64,000 nucleotides of DNA from Camelus ferus (taxonomy: Eukaryota), in contig NC_045697.1 of the NCBI RefSeq assembly GCF_009834535.1, forward strand, positions 80,602,001 through 80,666,000, written 5' to 3'. A program made the translations under genes and the position numbers. Below, in pieces: positions 12,590-26,022 of this stretch; the first letter of the stretch is position 1, and each line of letters starts with the position of its first letter. The notes under the pieces are model-generated. The model was not told the DNA's origin. It saw nothing but the letters and a program-made list of their open reading frames with translations, and ran no database searches.

Positions 12590-13320
12590 TGGTGACTAGA
12601 GAAAAGAATGAGGGAGGAATGAATGATTATACCAAGTTTCTGGTTTGGAGACATTGACTGAATGGTGGTACCATGTGTAATGGTAGGAGTCATGAAAGAA
12701 CTAGCAGGTTTGTGGAATAGATGGCAAAAAATTACTTTAGTATTGGTGAATTTGAGGTCTGTGAAGCATCTCAATGGAGGAGTGTGGCAGATAGGATATG
12801 TGGGTCTACACTCCAGGGAACAGGGCAGAACAGAAAATTTCATTCATGTCTAGATAGTGTGGGTAAAGTTTCCCAGGGAAAGGAGTACAATGGGAGCATG
12901 AAAGGGTCTAGGATAGAACTATTGAAGGATAGGGAAGATGAAACAGGGTCCACAAGGAGATTAAGAAGGAGCAGGAGAAATATAACTACAAAGAGGGCAA
13001 CATTTATTGAATGTTACTTGGTAATGGCATGGTGCCAGCGCCAGCATTTTATGATGTGGTTTTCCATGAACTGTCTGAGTGCTCTTCACAACTGTATCTT
13101 TACTTATGCAGATAAGTGCTAATATTACCACTTTATGTGTCAGGAAAACAAGGTTGAGCTACACCAAGCGGTTACACAAAGGAGTGGGAAGTAAGAGAAG
13201 GACATCAAAGAGAATAGAATATCAAATAGCCAAGGGCCAGAGAACCAGCACACCAAGAAGTAGGAGGTCAACAGAGTCAAGAGTGAAAAGGACAGTGAGA
13301 TGAAGAACACAGTAGGTGTT
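12590..13320 (-). mobile_element. LINE-2 fragment with an embedded MIR-like piece (~12990-13180)
   Basis: GAATGATTATACCAAGTTTCTGGTTTGG...GAATGGTGGTACCATG and TGAATTTGAGGTCTGTGAAGCATC are antisense L2 motifs. CAACATTTATTGAATGTTACTTG marks the inserted piece. Confidence 0.6.
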
Positions 13321-13644
13321 AGTTCACTGCAGTAAGTAAGTACTCTTTAGTTTACTAAAGTTTTTTTACCTATCTGTGTGTACCAACACTGACAACAGTA
13401 GAGTTCTAAGATTTTGCAGTATTGATGAATAAAGTAGGTTTGAAAAGAAAACAAAGTTTTAGTTCAAAATCTATAAAGAAAACCCCCAATAATCATCCAA
13501 TAATATAAATGTTAGAATGACTAAATGAGACCTATGTAGAGTTCCTACAAAGTACTTACATTGAGATAAAAAAAAAATTGGAATAAATGGTTTGAATAAA
13601 CTTTCTTCAAAACTAAGGACCAAATGTTGTAAAGAGAGTAAAAG

Positions 13645-13770
13645 GCATGTACTCTGGAGCCATTCTGACCACTTGCTAGCTAATAAGTTAATCTCTCTTT
13701 GCCTCATTTTTCTCATTTGTAAAATGGGGGTAAGAATAGTACCTACTTGATAGTGTATGTGGCATATTAC
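13645..13770 (+). mobile_element. MIR SINE
   Basis: Core TTAATCTCTCTTTGCCTCATTTTTCTCATTTGTAAAATGGGGGTAAGAATAGTACCTAC. Confidence 0.8.
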
Positions 13771-15429
13771 TTAGTTGTTGTGAAACAATGCTGCTTAACA
13801 AACCACTCCAAAACTCAATGGCTAAAAGCAACAGTTTCCTAAGTTTCGTGTCATTCAACCAAAACTTCAATTTGTTGATAATGCAGAACTCAACATAAGG
13901 CAATCCCCAAAAGAAGAGTAACAAGAAGTCCCCAGCCTTACCAGATAATAGAACATATTGTATTACAATAATTAAATGCTGATTAATGAAAGAAAGAAGA
14001 GATCAAAAATGGATCTGATGTTATCGGAAAACAATATGGGAAAATAAACTTTTTGAAATGAGAGAAAGGGTAAGCATTCAGAGTGATGACCATAACATTT
14101 GGATAATTATGTGACCATACTAAAAAAAAATGAATAATTATCACACACCAAGAGAAAAAAAATATATCTAGTTGATATTGGAGAGCTTAAAATATATATT
14201 TAAATGAAAAGAAACCCCAATAGAAAATTTAATTGACTATATGTCAGATGTGGGAGGAAATTATTCTCTTTTCAGTTTTGAAGTGATATAGACATCACAA
14301 TGGTAAAAGATTGATTATGAAATACTTTTAACAGACTATTAAATCAGAAGTTTCAACAGAGGTGCCAAGCTTCAAGCTGGGATTTTCCGAAGAGGTATGC
14401 CAGAACAAGATACCAGTTTTCAAAGGAGATTATTAAAAACCAGTTTGACAACTCTTAAAATTCTTACTCATGCCAAGGTAATAAAGGGCCAGAGTGTGTA
14501 GAAACTGGAGAGGATTTGTGAAGACATTTTAATAAAGTTGTTGGTGTGCCATGAGAAAGCCTAAACCTGCCTACATGGGCCTGAGGTGGAAGATACTGAC
14601 TCTGAGATTCTGTGGTCTGGCTGCTGCTTGAGAAAGCCCAAAGACCAGCTGCCAATGAACCAGAGGAAGAGAAGAGTTTACAGGGGCTGGTCAGCTCTGT
14701 AAAGGTTTGCTGGGGCAAAGGATGATTGAGTGTTCCCTGAGAAACAGGTGTGCACCATATGTGAAAGGAAGCAGGTCTACAATTGTCTCAGGTCCTATTC
14801 AGGAAGGCCTCTTACAGGCTCAGGCAGACTTCCATAAAGAGAATCAAGGGGTAGCTGTCCATTCTGAGGGGCTGACTCTTGAGAATATGCCTAGAGATGC
14901 CTGTTCCCATGTCAAAGGAATTGCAGATAAGATTGTCAAAGGTTGGTGAGGGGCTCATGTGAGAAAAAGTCACCCCTGAGCACCTGCCAGGCCCAGATAT
15001 ATCAGGGGGTCATTCAGGAACTTACTTGACTCCCTTACCTATTCCCATGCCACCTCTCCCTGCACACTGATCCTAGAGGAGTAGAAGTTGAAGCTAACAA
15101 ACTAGGGAAGGAGGAGTGGAAATACTAGGCAGGGAACAGGGAACCAGAGAATCACTCTAGGTTTCCAGGCTGAAGTAGTACTGATCTGGGGAAGGAACAA
15201 AAGATTTACTTTAAATGAAGGCTAGCATTTTCCTAATTATATATGGCTGGGCATCCTAATTTTGAATTCAGATTAGGTTTTGTGATATATGGCTTCCAGA
15301 AGACTATTTGTTATTTGGGGATGACTCCAAAAGTCTGAAGGCAAGAGAAGTTAGGCCCACAGAATTTAAAGGGACACAGAAATAAAAACAAAGTTGTAAA
15401 AACCTGCTGTTTGGGCAGAAATTTTAACA

Positions 15430-15990
15430 GTATGAAATTTAATTACAAAACTAAATCCTAAAGGGAAATAAACTGGTAAGATATTTCTCATACTATAGCA
15501 AGAAGAGAGATCATATGTTTTCCATATAAAGAGTTCATTCAAATTTATAAGAAAAATACTTTGACCACCAATAATAAGTATGTAAAGAATTAGGGTAAAC
15601 AATTAATGCAAATAGAAGTGGATCAAATGAAAGTAAAACTATTTATCTTATTTGTAATAAAAAGAATATAAAGTAAAGCAAACTATCATACATTTTTATA
15701 CTTACTAAGTAAAAATAATGGTAATGATATATAACATTAGTAAGATTGTGGTTAAACTGGCACTTGCTGAGGGCATTGGTTTGGTATATCCTTTAAAAAA
15801 TTAACATGGCAATACATAACACAATCTCATGTCACAAAGCACACAAATATCTCAGCGTGTTAGCTCAGTAATAGTATTTTTTGACACTTATCCTAAGAAA
15901 ATAATTCAGTAGAACAAAAAAGGTATATTGATGAAAACAGTCATGGGACCACTATTTATAGTAGAGGGAGTGAAGACAATTTCGCATGAC
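15430..15990 (+). mobile_element. Highly decayed L1ME-like fragment
   Basis: A-rich stretch with L1 3' motifs (TATAAAGAGTTCATTCAAATTTATAAGAAAAA; TTATCCTAAGAAAATAATTCAG). Confidence 0.5.
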
Positions 15991-18881
15991 ACAAAGAGAA
16001 TGGAAACCTAGAAGTTCTGAATCAGCTGTGGTTTCATGGTCAAGTTCTTCCTTCTACCTGTTTGTGATTTTCTGAGCCTTGGTGACCTCAAGTAAAAATA
16101 AAGAGTAAAATGAATTCTAGCCCTAAAATTATATTCTTTGTTTTACCTTTATATTCCTTTTCTCTCTCTTTAATAAAAGTATAGGATTTCCAGGCCTTAA
16201 GCCTGTTGGACACCAGCTAAATAGATGAAGTCATATTTCAAAACAGAAGACAAATGGAAGAATTTGTCTCTTCAAAGAGTACTATAACGTCTTCTCAGAG
16301 CGAAATTACACATATGTATTCACTGTAGGTTCATATATCTTGTTTTGTTAAAAAATATCCTCAAATTTTGTAAATATGTTACTTCTTTCCTTACTTGAAA
16401 AATAAAAGGTTATCTGAAGACTAGATTCAGGTTCTAGTTCTGCTACCCACCATGGTGCAAGGTCTTTGAGTTTCAGTGTTCTCAGCTGTCAAGAAAGAAA
16501 ATAATACTTTCCCTATCTACTTTTAGAGGGTAGTTTAAAAACCAAATTGAGATTATAAATATGAAAGTGTTTTGACATCATCAAGCACATATACGTGTTG
16601 GTCCTTCATTTCCTCCCAGTTTTCTTAATTTTTCTGACTTGAGAAAACCCTTTGCCTCTGAGGACTCCTGAGTAAATGAATGAGTCGGTGTCCATTTGAA
16701 AAGAATGGGTGGAACGCTAAACCTAAGCCAGTGGTTGTAGAATAGTCTGGTTAACTTTCCACATAAAAATAAGAGTTATGGATACTAATCCACCACCAGC
16801 CAAGAGCAACCCGTAGTGAAAAGGCCCACCCCTAACATAGCAGAGCTGGTGTCAAGATTGAAAACAGAGGCTAATATGCCATATATCTAAATACTTAATA
16901 GTTGTAAGTCAAGCTAATAAATTGTTAAATAAAATAGGTTCTACTCTCCCATCCACAATAAATTCCTCTGGTTGGCTTCAGTTTGAAATCTCTGACTTCA
17001 TCAACTCAGCTGGTGTCTAACTTGTTTCTGCTCTAGATATCCTGCATTTTCATATTATAGAAAGACCAAAAGAATATACATGGGAAACAAAGATATCATT
17101 TGAGAGCTGGAGGGTATATCCACCTTCAAAATGATCTGAAGCCTATCAAGATAATAATTCCTGCACTTGTCAGAGTTCCCTGTCATTAGTTGTGGCTTGG
17201 GTGGTCCCCAGTTCACACAACTCTTTCTGTCCTTGCTCTTGCACCAGAAGGCCCTTAGATACCTAGCGTGTAGATACAACAGACCACATGATCAAACTGT
17301 CCACAGCCCCCCCAAAAACAGCTCTGTCTTGTTTACCCCTTGATCCTGGGAGCTTACTATAGCTGTGGGGTCCACCCTCAGAACAGACCTAGAGAAGGGA
17401 TCTTTTTTGGGGCCTCAGACACTCCAAATGTGATCTAAAAGAGGGCATGTGGACTCTGGGTGGGCTTCCTGCTCTCTGGGAAGGAGCAGAACTGGAGGAG
17501 GGCCAGAGAGTAGGCCCTTTACAGGGTAGGATCTGGGGCAGGTGCTCCTCTTGCCTAGGTATAGAGTAGTATTTCTGGCTTTTTGATTTATCAACTTCTT
17601 TAATTCCCCAATCTACTTACCTCAACTTTAACCACCCTTAGGCTCAGTTTCACTTTGGGCCTCCTAATTCCTCAAAATGGGAAATTGTTGCTCATGCCCT
17701 ACTTCTAATTTCATTCCTACCAAATATATTTTTATTTGTTATCATTCTTTCAGTGGATGATCATTTCCTTTCTTAACTTGTTCAGGCAGGCCCATCTACT
17801 ATTTTTCCTTTCACTCAGCTCACAGTCTTTTGATTCATTTCAAAGATACCCTCATGTCTTTACATCTTTGCTCTTTCCTTCCTCCTGCCTTGCCATTCGT
17901 TCAACTATCCCCTATTGAGGGCCCACTTTTGGTCAGCCATTGGAGATACATACAAGGCATAAGACATGCATGGCCCATGCTTTCATGGAGATTGCAGTTT
18001 ACTGGGAAAATGGTTACAATCATGATGAGTGCTATGAAGGTGGTGTGTATAGTTCTATGAGAGTCTAAAACAGGAGTTTTAACCTATATGGGCGCAATCA
18101 CACCCCAACTTTAGGTAAACAGTTCTCTTTTTCTTTTTGTGGCTTCCATGATGCTGAGTAATGTTTTATTTCATGCTATTCAGTCTCAGCAGAGTCTTTC
18201 TTGCTGTTTAGTTATTCTTTTAATCTTTTTAAAGGTTCTCTCCTATAGCTTTTGAAGGCTAAAATGTAATCAATGTAAGATAGGCTGTGATGTAATTGTC
18301 ACTGACATGTGGTAATCTCATGCCAGAAGGATATAGCCAAATTTAACAGAGAAAACATAACATATGTAGGTTTTCTCCATATTGGAGCCTAGATATCCAT
18401 CTTCTATTCAGACCTACTTGAACTGTCTCCTAAGAATCATCACATTTATTTGCCTTGATTCGTATCTTATTGATTGAACTTTCATTAGTAGTCACAGTAT
18501 AAGGAAAAGAGAACGCAATTACCGTTACTAGCAAATGTAACCTATCTGGCTACTGAAAATATAAATACACTTCAAAATAATAAATTGACCTTCTGATTTT
18601 TTTATTGCTTTCTTGTAGTTTTGGTTAGTGTAAATTACTCTCACATAAATTGCTAATATGCTCACGCTTGGATGAAATAATGCAACAGAGCTGGAGTTTC
18701 TGAACCTAGAATGTTGAGAATGTACCCTGAATCCATGGTAATATTATTGACGCCATAAAACTAGGATGAGCTGTTAAGCTTTAGGTTTACTTCTGAAACT
18801 GCTTCTTCTAACACTGTATCAATTATGGATACTAAGAGAGAGGAGGAGGAGGACTGAGGGAAGATCCCTAGGGTTTCTAAG

Positions 18882-19228
18882 TGCTATGATCGCCCCAAAA
18901 TGTATTTGTTGAAATCCTAACCTCTCAAAGGCGATAGTAGTAGTAGGTGGGGCCTTTTGGAGGTGCTTAAGCCTTGCAGGTGGAATCCTCATGGAGATTA
19001 GTGCCTTATAAAAGAGGCTCCAGAGAGACCCCTAACTGCTTCCACAATGTAAGGACATAGCAAGAAAGCGCTGGATATGACCAGAAGAGGGCCTTCACCA
19101 GAACACAACTATGCTGGGACTTTGATCCTGAACTCCTAGTCTCCAGAACTGTGAGAAATAAATTTATGTTGCCTATAAGCTACCTAATCTGTGGTATTTT
19201 GTTATAGCAGCCCAAATGGACTAAGACA
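18882..19228 (+). mobile_element. MaLR solo LTR (MLT1A-like)
   Basis: Starts TGCTATG and ends GTTATAGCAGCCCAAATGGACTAAGACA, with internal CCAGAACTGTGAGAAATAAATT. Flanked by an imperfect 5-bp TSD, CTAAG/TTAAG. Confidence 0.9.
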
Positions 19229-19444
19229 TTAAGTAATGAAAAGAAGTTGATGCCCATCTTTGTTCCACATATAACTTAAAACATCAAGATCCCATATCAT
19301 TATAAGTATAAGGAAATTCAACTTAGTAGTGATATTTCCATTATAACCACTTTAATGCCTTCTGAAATTTCAAATACCAAAAATTTCATTTTTTCTGCAA
19401 TAATAGTGATATCTTGACTTTTTTTTTTAGGCTTAGCCTCCTGT

Positions 19445-19940
19445 GCAAACTGGTCATAAATTCTTCTCACTTCTGTATGCTGCCCTTTGCTGAGCTCCTC
19501 CCATCAAGAGGAGGAATCAATTTTTCCCTCCTTGACTATGTGACTTGCTTTGTTCAATTAAACACAAGTACACTTAATGTAAACATAGGTTTAAAAAGTG
19601 CTTGTACTTTGGGACTTGCCTTTGCTCTTTCTGTTTTTCAGAACCTTGAGATGCTATGGGTAGAAACCAGAACTAACCTAGGGAGGATGGGAAACTGCAC
19701 GAAGCAGAGATGAGATGTCTTCATTCCAAAGATGAAGCTTGATAGACCTAACTAGCAATGAATGAGGCCATCCTAGATAAGCAGCCCCAGCTGAGTTAAC
19801 TTCTAACCACAGAGATCTACCAAGCTGGCCCAGACCAGGAGAATTGCCCAGCTTACTCAAAGAATCATGGGCAAATAAAATGGCTGTTATTTAAAGTGAC
19901 TCTGTTTGGGTGTTGTTTGCTATACAGCAGCAGTCACCAC
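19445..19940 (+). mobile_element. Older MaLR LTR (MLT1G/H-like)
   Basis: CTCCTCCCATCAAGAGG, GTGACTTGCTTTG, and a 3' end AATAAAATGGCTGTTATTTAAAG...TGTTGTTTGCTATACAGCAGCAG. Confidence 0.75.
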
Positions 19941-20589
19941 GCCATGGTTAATTTGGCTCTGCCCATACCCAGACCATGATACAAAGCCTGACAACAAAGG
20001 GTCAGGATCAATGGATGCTCCTAAAAGAGAACCATCCTGTAGTGAGAATGGAAAGACCAACAAGGACTGATTCCAGGGACCAAAGTGAGGAAAAAAACAA
20101 GTTGAATGGCTTCTTAGAAAGGAGATCCAAAACTAGAGAAAAAAAGTCTCCTGGAAATAAAAGTTATGAATCTCATGTACATGGTAGAAAGTCTATTCTG
20201 ACCTTAACTTTTGACATATAATAAAAGGGCCTATTTGAAAGAAATCCCTTCAATATTATGCATACAGAGTTTCAACATATTTTTGGCACATATCAATAAA
20301 TACTTGTGGAAAAGAAGTGAATTCAATGAATATTTCTCCATTAGGATTTTTTAGGATTTAATAATACCATACTGTCCAGTGCTATCAACTTCTAAAAGAT
20401 TATTTGATGTTAGATTTTCTGAGGGTCATAAACATAATACCATCCTCATGATATCTTTCTTTAAGGGATTACAGATTACTATGTAGCATTTTTTTGCCCT
20501 AGAGAACATGAATTGGGCATGGAGAATGAGATGATTTTATGAAAGCATCGTGCACAGTACCTGGTAGGATGTGATATGCTCACCAACTC

Positions 20590-20790
20590 TAACACTCATT
20601 GAATGGCTTACTGGTACTGGGCTCTTTGCGCTACGTGTGTATTAACATATTTAATCCTTCCATCAGCCTTATGAGTAGGTACTGTATTTATCTCCATTTT
20701 ATAATTAAGGAAACTGAGACAGAGGGAAGTAAGTCATACCGTTAATATATTGGAACAGAGATTTGAACACATTCAGTCTGACTCCTAAGC
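20590..20790 (-). mobile_element. MIR SINE
   Basis: CTCCATTTTATAATTAAGGAAACTGAGACAGAG...GATTTGAACACATTCAGTCTGACTCC. Confidence 0.8.
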
Positions 20791-21087
20791 CACCTTTCTA
20801 AAACCAATTTTTTTTTGAGCACTTTCTTATTTTAGGAATTTCACTAAAGTTTTTCCAATAAGAGACAAGCTCATCAATGCTCACAACGTTCTCTGAGGTG
20901 CCACTGCCATTTGCATTTTACAGCAGCTGCTCAAAATGTGCTAGTTTTGTGTCCCTCCTTCCTCTCTTTTCTCCCCCCTTTCCACTTCTGCTCTCTCTGC
21001 TCCTGATTCTGCAGTGACTGGAAGAGAGCCTGTCTCCCAGTGCACCCAACCTTTCTCTGCGTGCTCTCACCTGAGTTGCCTGGCGCC

Positions 21088-23460
21088 ATTCCTTCTTCTG
21101 CTTCATTTAGTCTGCTGTTGAACCCCTGCAGTGTATTCTTCAGTTAAGTTATTGTACTCTTCAGCTCTGTGACTTCTGTTTGGTACTTTCTTACATTTTC
21201 TCTTTGTCGAAGTTCTCACTGTTCATCCATTCTTCTCCCAAGTGCAGGGAGGATCTTATGACAATTATGTTGAACTATCTACCAGGTAAATTACTTATCT
21301 CCATTTCATTAAGGTTTTATTCTGAGGTTTCCATCTTGTTCTTTTGTTTGGAATATATTCCTTTTCTCATTTTGCTTGATTCTCTGTGTTTGTTTCTATG
21401 TAGTAAATGTAACAGCTGCATCTCCCAGTTTTGAAAGAGTGGCCTTGTGGAAGACGAAACTTATCATTCAATCTTGCCCTAGCTCTTGGTTGTCTCCTCG
21501 AACCTTTGTGGTTGTCCAAGCAGTCTATTTTACTTTTAATAGCTCCCAGTTGTTGAGGGCATGCCAAAACCTGTCAGTGTCCCAAAGAAAAAGATCTCAG
21601 CACCTAGTTTCAGGCTGATTGGAAGACAGACCCTCAGGCAACAGCTTTTAAAGCATGCAAATATATCTAGTCCTGCGGGGCCGTAATTGTAAATCTTGCT
21701 ACCTCCAGACCAGGCAATCTGGAGGTGCCCCTGGGTGACAGGTGTGAAAATCTGGGCTCCAAATGAGTGTATAAGCTCCTATCTGGGAGATATGAGCCAG
21801 CTGGAATGGGGCAGAGGAAAAGCACAAAATTGGTGTCCCCGAGCCTGTGTTTCCTGAGACCACCTCCATAGCTTCTAGATCTGTGGCAAACCTAAAGCCT
21901 GCCCCTCAGGCTGGAGCTCCAGGACAAGTAAACAAGCCTTTCACAGAAAGGCTGGGGATGCATTTCAGTCTGCAGTCTGTGCAGTGCCCTGGGGGTGGTA
22001 GCCTGCCAAGAACTCTGTCCAATTTTTACAGTCCCCTGGGGCCCAGGAATGCAAGCCCCACGGGCCACCAGAACCAGGTGATAAGGGGCATCCCCTGGGC
22101 AGCAGCCTCAAAAACTGGGAAACCAGACACACGTGAGAGTTTTCTCCTGGAGTTGCTGCCGCTCTGGAGCAGGGCAGAGGGAGTGAGGACAGCGCCCACC
22201 CTCTGAGCTCCCAGGGAAGGTCACAGTAGGCCCTTAGATGTGTGTTGAATTAGAAGCCTGCCCCTCAATCTGCAGCTCTGCTTATAAGCTTACAGGCCTC
22301 TTTTCACAGAAAGCTGGGCTCCTGGCTCTGCTGCCTCTGGCCATGCCCTGAGAGTGGTAGCGGTGTAAGAACTCTTTCTCCCTTGGTCATAGTCCTCTGA
22401 AACCTATGAGAATAAGCCCAACCGCTCACCAGAGCTAAGTGATGTAGGGGTGTCCCTTGGCAGCAGCTGTAAAAACCAGGGAGCCAGACAGGGGTACAAA
22501 CTCCTTCCTGGGAGATGCCAGGGAGCTGGAGTGAGGAGACGGGAGCACAGAGACGGCGTCCTGGCCTCTGTTCCCTGACAGCACCTTCATAGCCTGTAGA
22601 AGGTGCCGACCAGAAAAGCCTGCTCCTCAGGAGAAAAAAACCAGGCCTCTTTCCCAGAAAAGCTGGAGGTTTGCTTCAGTCATCACTGTGGGGGTGGCAG
22701 TCAGCTGAGCAGTGTCTCTCCGATTGTTGCAGTCCCGTGGGTCCCAGGAACACAAGAATCCTGGGCCTCCAGAGCCAGGTGATCAAGGGATGTCCCCTAA
22801 ACTGAAGCCGCAAAAAACCGGGGCACCAGACGTGTGTAAAAGTTCTCCCGGCGCCCTGGAGCGCGTGGAGGGACAGCCTGAAGATGGCGCCCACCGAGGG
22901 GAAAAATGGCGCCAGGCGGTGTTAGCAAGGGGGAGGGGGCGCTCCTCCGAGCCCGGGGGTACCCTGACAGGCCCTGACCCTCTGGTGGAGGCTTTAACAT
23001 CAGCAACTGAACCTCCACCTACAGTCCGCTGCTTCTGCACTGGGTCCTGGGGCGAGTGGGTCTACGCGGGACCTTGAAGAGCAGTTTCTAACTCCCTGCA
23101 GAGTCCGGGGTCTCATGGACGTGACCCCATTGGTTTTCAAATATGTTTCAGGGGTTCATCTCTCAGGTGCAGGCCTTAAGAAGCTGAGAGGCCTGATGCG
23201 GTGAAGGAACCCTTTGCTCCTCAGACCGACGCTCTAGACTTCTGAGCTCCTTCGTGACTGTGGGTTCCGGAAAAGGCGTGGTTATCGCGAGACCCGTGCT
23301 TAGCCCCTCCCAGTACCTCAACCTGGCCCTTTTCTCACTTTCTGAGGGGAAGGAGCCATTCAGCCAGTTTTCAGGTCTCTCTCAGAGGGAATTATTCCAT
23401 ATGTAGCTGTAGATGTGGTGCGTCCGTGGGAGGAAGATGCCTTCTTGGACGGACTCCAGC
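21088..23460 (-). mobile_element. 5' portion of an old L1: 5' UTR with tandem ~360-bp monomers plus the start of ORF1
   Basis: 21088-21450 is antisense L1 ORF1-like (TTCTTCTGCTTCATTTAGTCTGCTGTTGAACCC). 23370-23450 (TCAGAGGGAATTATTCCATATGTAGCTGTAGATGTGGTGCGTCCGTGGGAGG...GCCTTCTTGG) matches recalled eutherian L1 5' termini. Monomer anchor GCCTGC(C/T)CCTCA at 21897, 22256 and 22618. Confidence 0.8.
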
Positions 23461-26022
23461 CTGGCGCCTCGTGAGTGGTGTCCGGCTGGGCCTGAGGCTT
23501 GTGCCGGAACCCATCCTTTGGTTATGGCCCGGTTCAGCCAGGATCAGCTGAGGTGTATTTATGTAATATGGGAAGATCCCGCCCAGACTCATGGACCCTG
23601 GAAACAGCGGTAACTATTACTATGTATTTGCTTCATAGACAAGTAAAGGGAGGCTTTGAGTTGTTAGTTGACTCTTCAAGGTCACGTAGCAAATCAGTGA
23701 CTAAAGAGGCAAGGAAAGGAGGACCTCTCTTTTGCGTCTGCTTTCATACTTTCCTTTTTCATGACATCATGCTCTTTATTTTTTTTTTTTTTAAGTAGGT
23801 GTCTTCCTTCTTTTTAATAAATTAAATGCTGGAAGAGTATAACTTAGAAAAAGTTAAAAAGCATAGCCCTCTGTAAAGATATCATAAATGAGGACAGTTC
23901 TTACACTCAGTTATTCAGAAGGAATTTGATTTTCAGAAAAAAAGTGGAATTGGCAGTAATATGCTCTTACATTATAATGGAATAGAATACAATGCTTAGC
24001 CCCCACCCTAGCCTCTTAGGAAGCTTTTGATTCTAAGTTGCTGGGTCCACTGTAGTAATAATATCGTCTTTTGGCAACATTAAAACAAATGCAGATGTTT
24101 TGCATTATTCCTTGTCCAAAATGGGGTACACTAATTTTGCTGATAAGAGTTTTTGAAATGTCTTTTAAAATGACATTCCTAATTTTAAAAAGTTTTTTCT
24201 CAGATTTTCATATTAAAATAATACCATGAGAAAGGCACTTTTTTGTTTTAAACATTACTGTTATTGATATAATTTCCTTTTCATTTCAAAGATCTGGCTC
24301 ATAAGAATAAGATTTTATATGTCATGTTTCCCCTTGTGGCTATTTTGTTTTTACTTTCCATAATAAATAAAAAAGTAGATTTTTTGCAGATGTTTCTGTT
24401 AGCATATTGAGAATTCTGAGTCATAAAGTCTGGTTATAAAGTACAGTTTGACTCTAATTTATAAAAAATATCACCTTAAAAGCTTTTGGAAATAAAATGA
24501 AGGTATTTATTCTTTTTCTTTCAGTTTAATAACAGCTGGAAACTAGTCTTGTAATATTCATAAATTTCTTTTGATATGAATGAATTTAAGGAATCTGTAT
24601 TTCCTTTATGATGATATGTTAATAGTTTTAGGAAAAAACTTACATGTAAATATACATTTAATCATATAGTATCTTTCTTGTGGAACTATCCAATTAATTT
24701 ATGAGTATTTGAATTCAACATAAAATAACCAATAATTACAGGTGTGCAGCTAGTGTGATGGGAACTTTTCGAATTTATAAACTGATAGGTGGAAAATAAT
24801 TCTGATTTGGTTAAGCATTCTTTCCCTCACTGCTGTAAACTTTAATGACATTTGTAATGAGAGAATTTAGTTTATACCTTGTGAAGTAGAAAAAGTCAAA
24901 ATGCAAGGGAAGGAAGTAAATATAATGTTAGAAACTTTCTGAGTGGACCTTAGACTGTATAGGGGCTGGTAAGCAAACAGTGGTGTTTCAAATAATTTGA
25001 GATTAAATGGGAAAAGATTGTACAGCAATAATGGAAGAGTAATTGACTTTTTAGAAACAGTAAATATACAAATATAATTACATAAAGATGGAAAGATTAA
25101 AATGGGAGAGTTATCTCATACATTTTGAATATATTTTATTTAAATCACTAAATAAAAAGATATTATTTTCCCATACTATTCTAATTTGAGCATTTTTATA
25201 TCATGTATATCAGCTAAATATAAGTAACTGTTATTTTCTGGAAATAACTAGAGGAATCTATTATGACAAGGTATATTTTGTATTTGTGATTCCTTTTAAG
25301 AATCCGTGTTGTTGACCTAGTACTTTGATTCAGAAATAACATACAACTAGTTGAATCTGGTTTCCTAGTAACCATATCCTGAAGCTTTATTAGAGCAAAT
25401 GATTAGAGCAAGTTTTAACAAGGGGTACTTGCCTGACACTCACTCAGGCCCAACTCCAGTTAAAACATGTATGAAAAGAATACACAATGATACATCAAAA
25501 ATACCATGAACATAGAGTAACTTTGCCTTGATGTTGCTCAGCTTACATATTTTCCCTTATGGAATATAAAATTTGTTTTTCAAAGTTTCAGACAAGTGCA
25601 CATAAGATGAGGTTTCTTCCATGTAATATTAAAAAATCAGTTCCCTTGCAAAGTGACTAATTACTTGGCTTTTCTTCAGTTGATTTTCTGCTTTCAACAA
25701 TTTTATTTTTAAAAAATCGCAGAGCAGATAATGCACCAATCCTGCCCTCCATCTACCCCGTATTCCTTTTGTCCAGACTGTTTGTTTTGACTTATAATGA
25801 TAGTGTATTTGATTAATGCCCATTCCTCGCCCCCACTGGAGTAGGGACTGTCAGATTTTGTTCACTGTTCTAGGCCTAGGGCTTAACACAGTATCTGTTC
25901 TATAGCAAGTACTTAATAAATATCAGCTGCAGGAAGAGGGGCCATGGAAATCAATGTTGTTTGGAACCAGGGTCTTCTTCTGTATTGTGTCTAATTTTCT
26001 TCAGTGAATATCAAGGTCCTGG

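Noticed and set aside
14360..15350. Possible ancient LTR (LTR78/79-like); similar vague candidates at ~12000-12480, ~16840-17580 and ~57050-57450
   Set aside because: Too degenerate to assign a family or boundaries by eye; needs a Dfam HMM search.
19976..20221. 81-aa ATG-initiated, Lys/Arg-rich ORF, possible retrocopy
   Set aside because: No recognisable parent protein, poly(A) tail or TSD.
21847..23798. ORFs of 66-121 aa in the GC-rich patch
   Set aside because: They lie in or beside an L1 5' UTR monomer array and show no coding signature.
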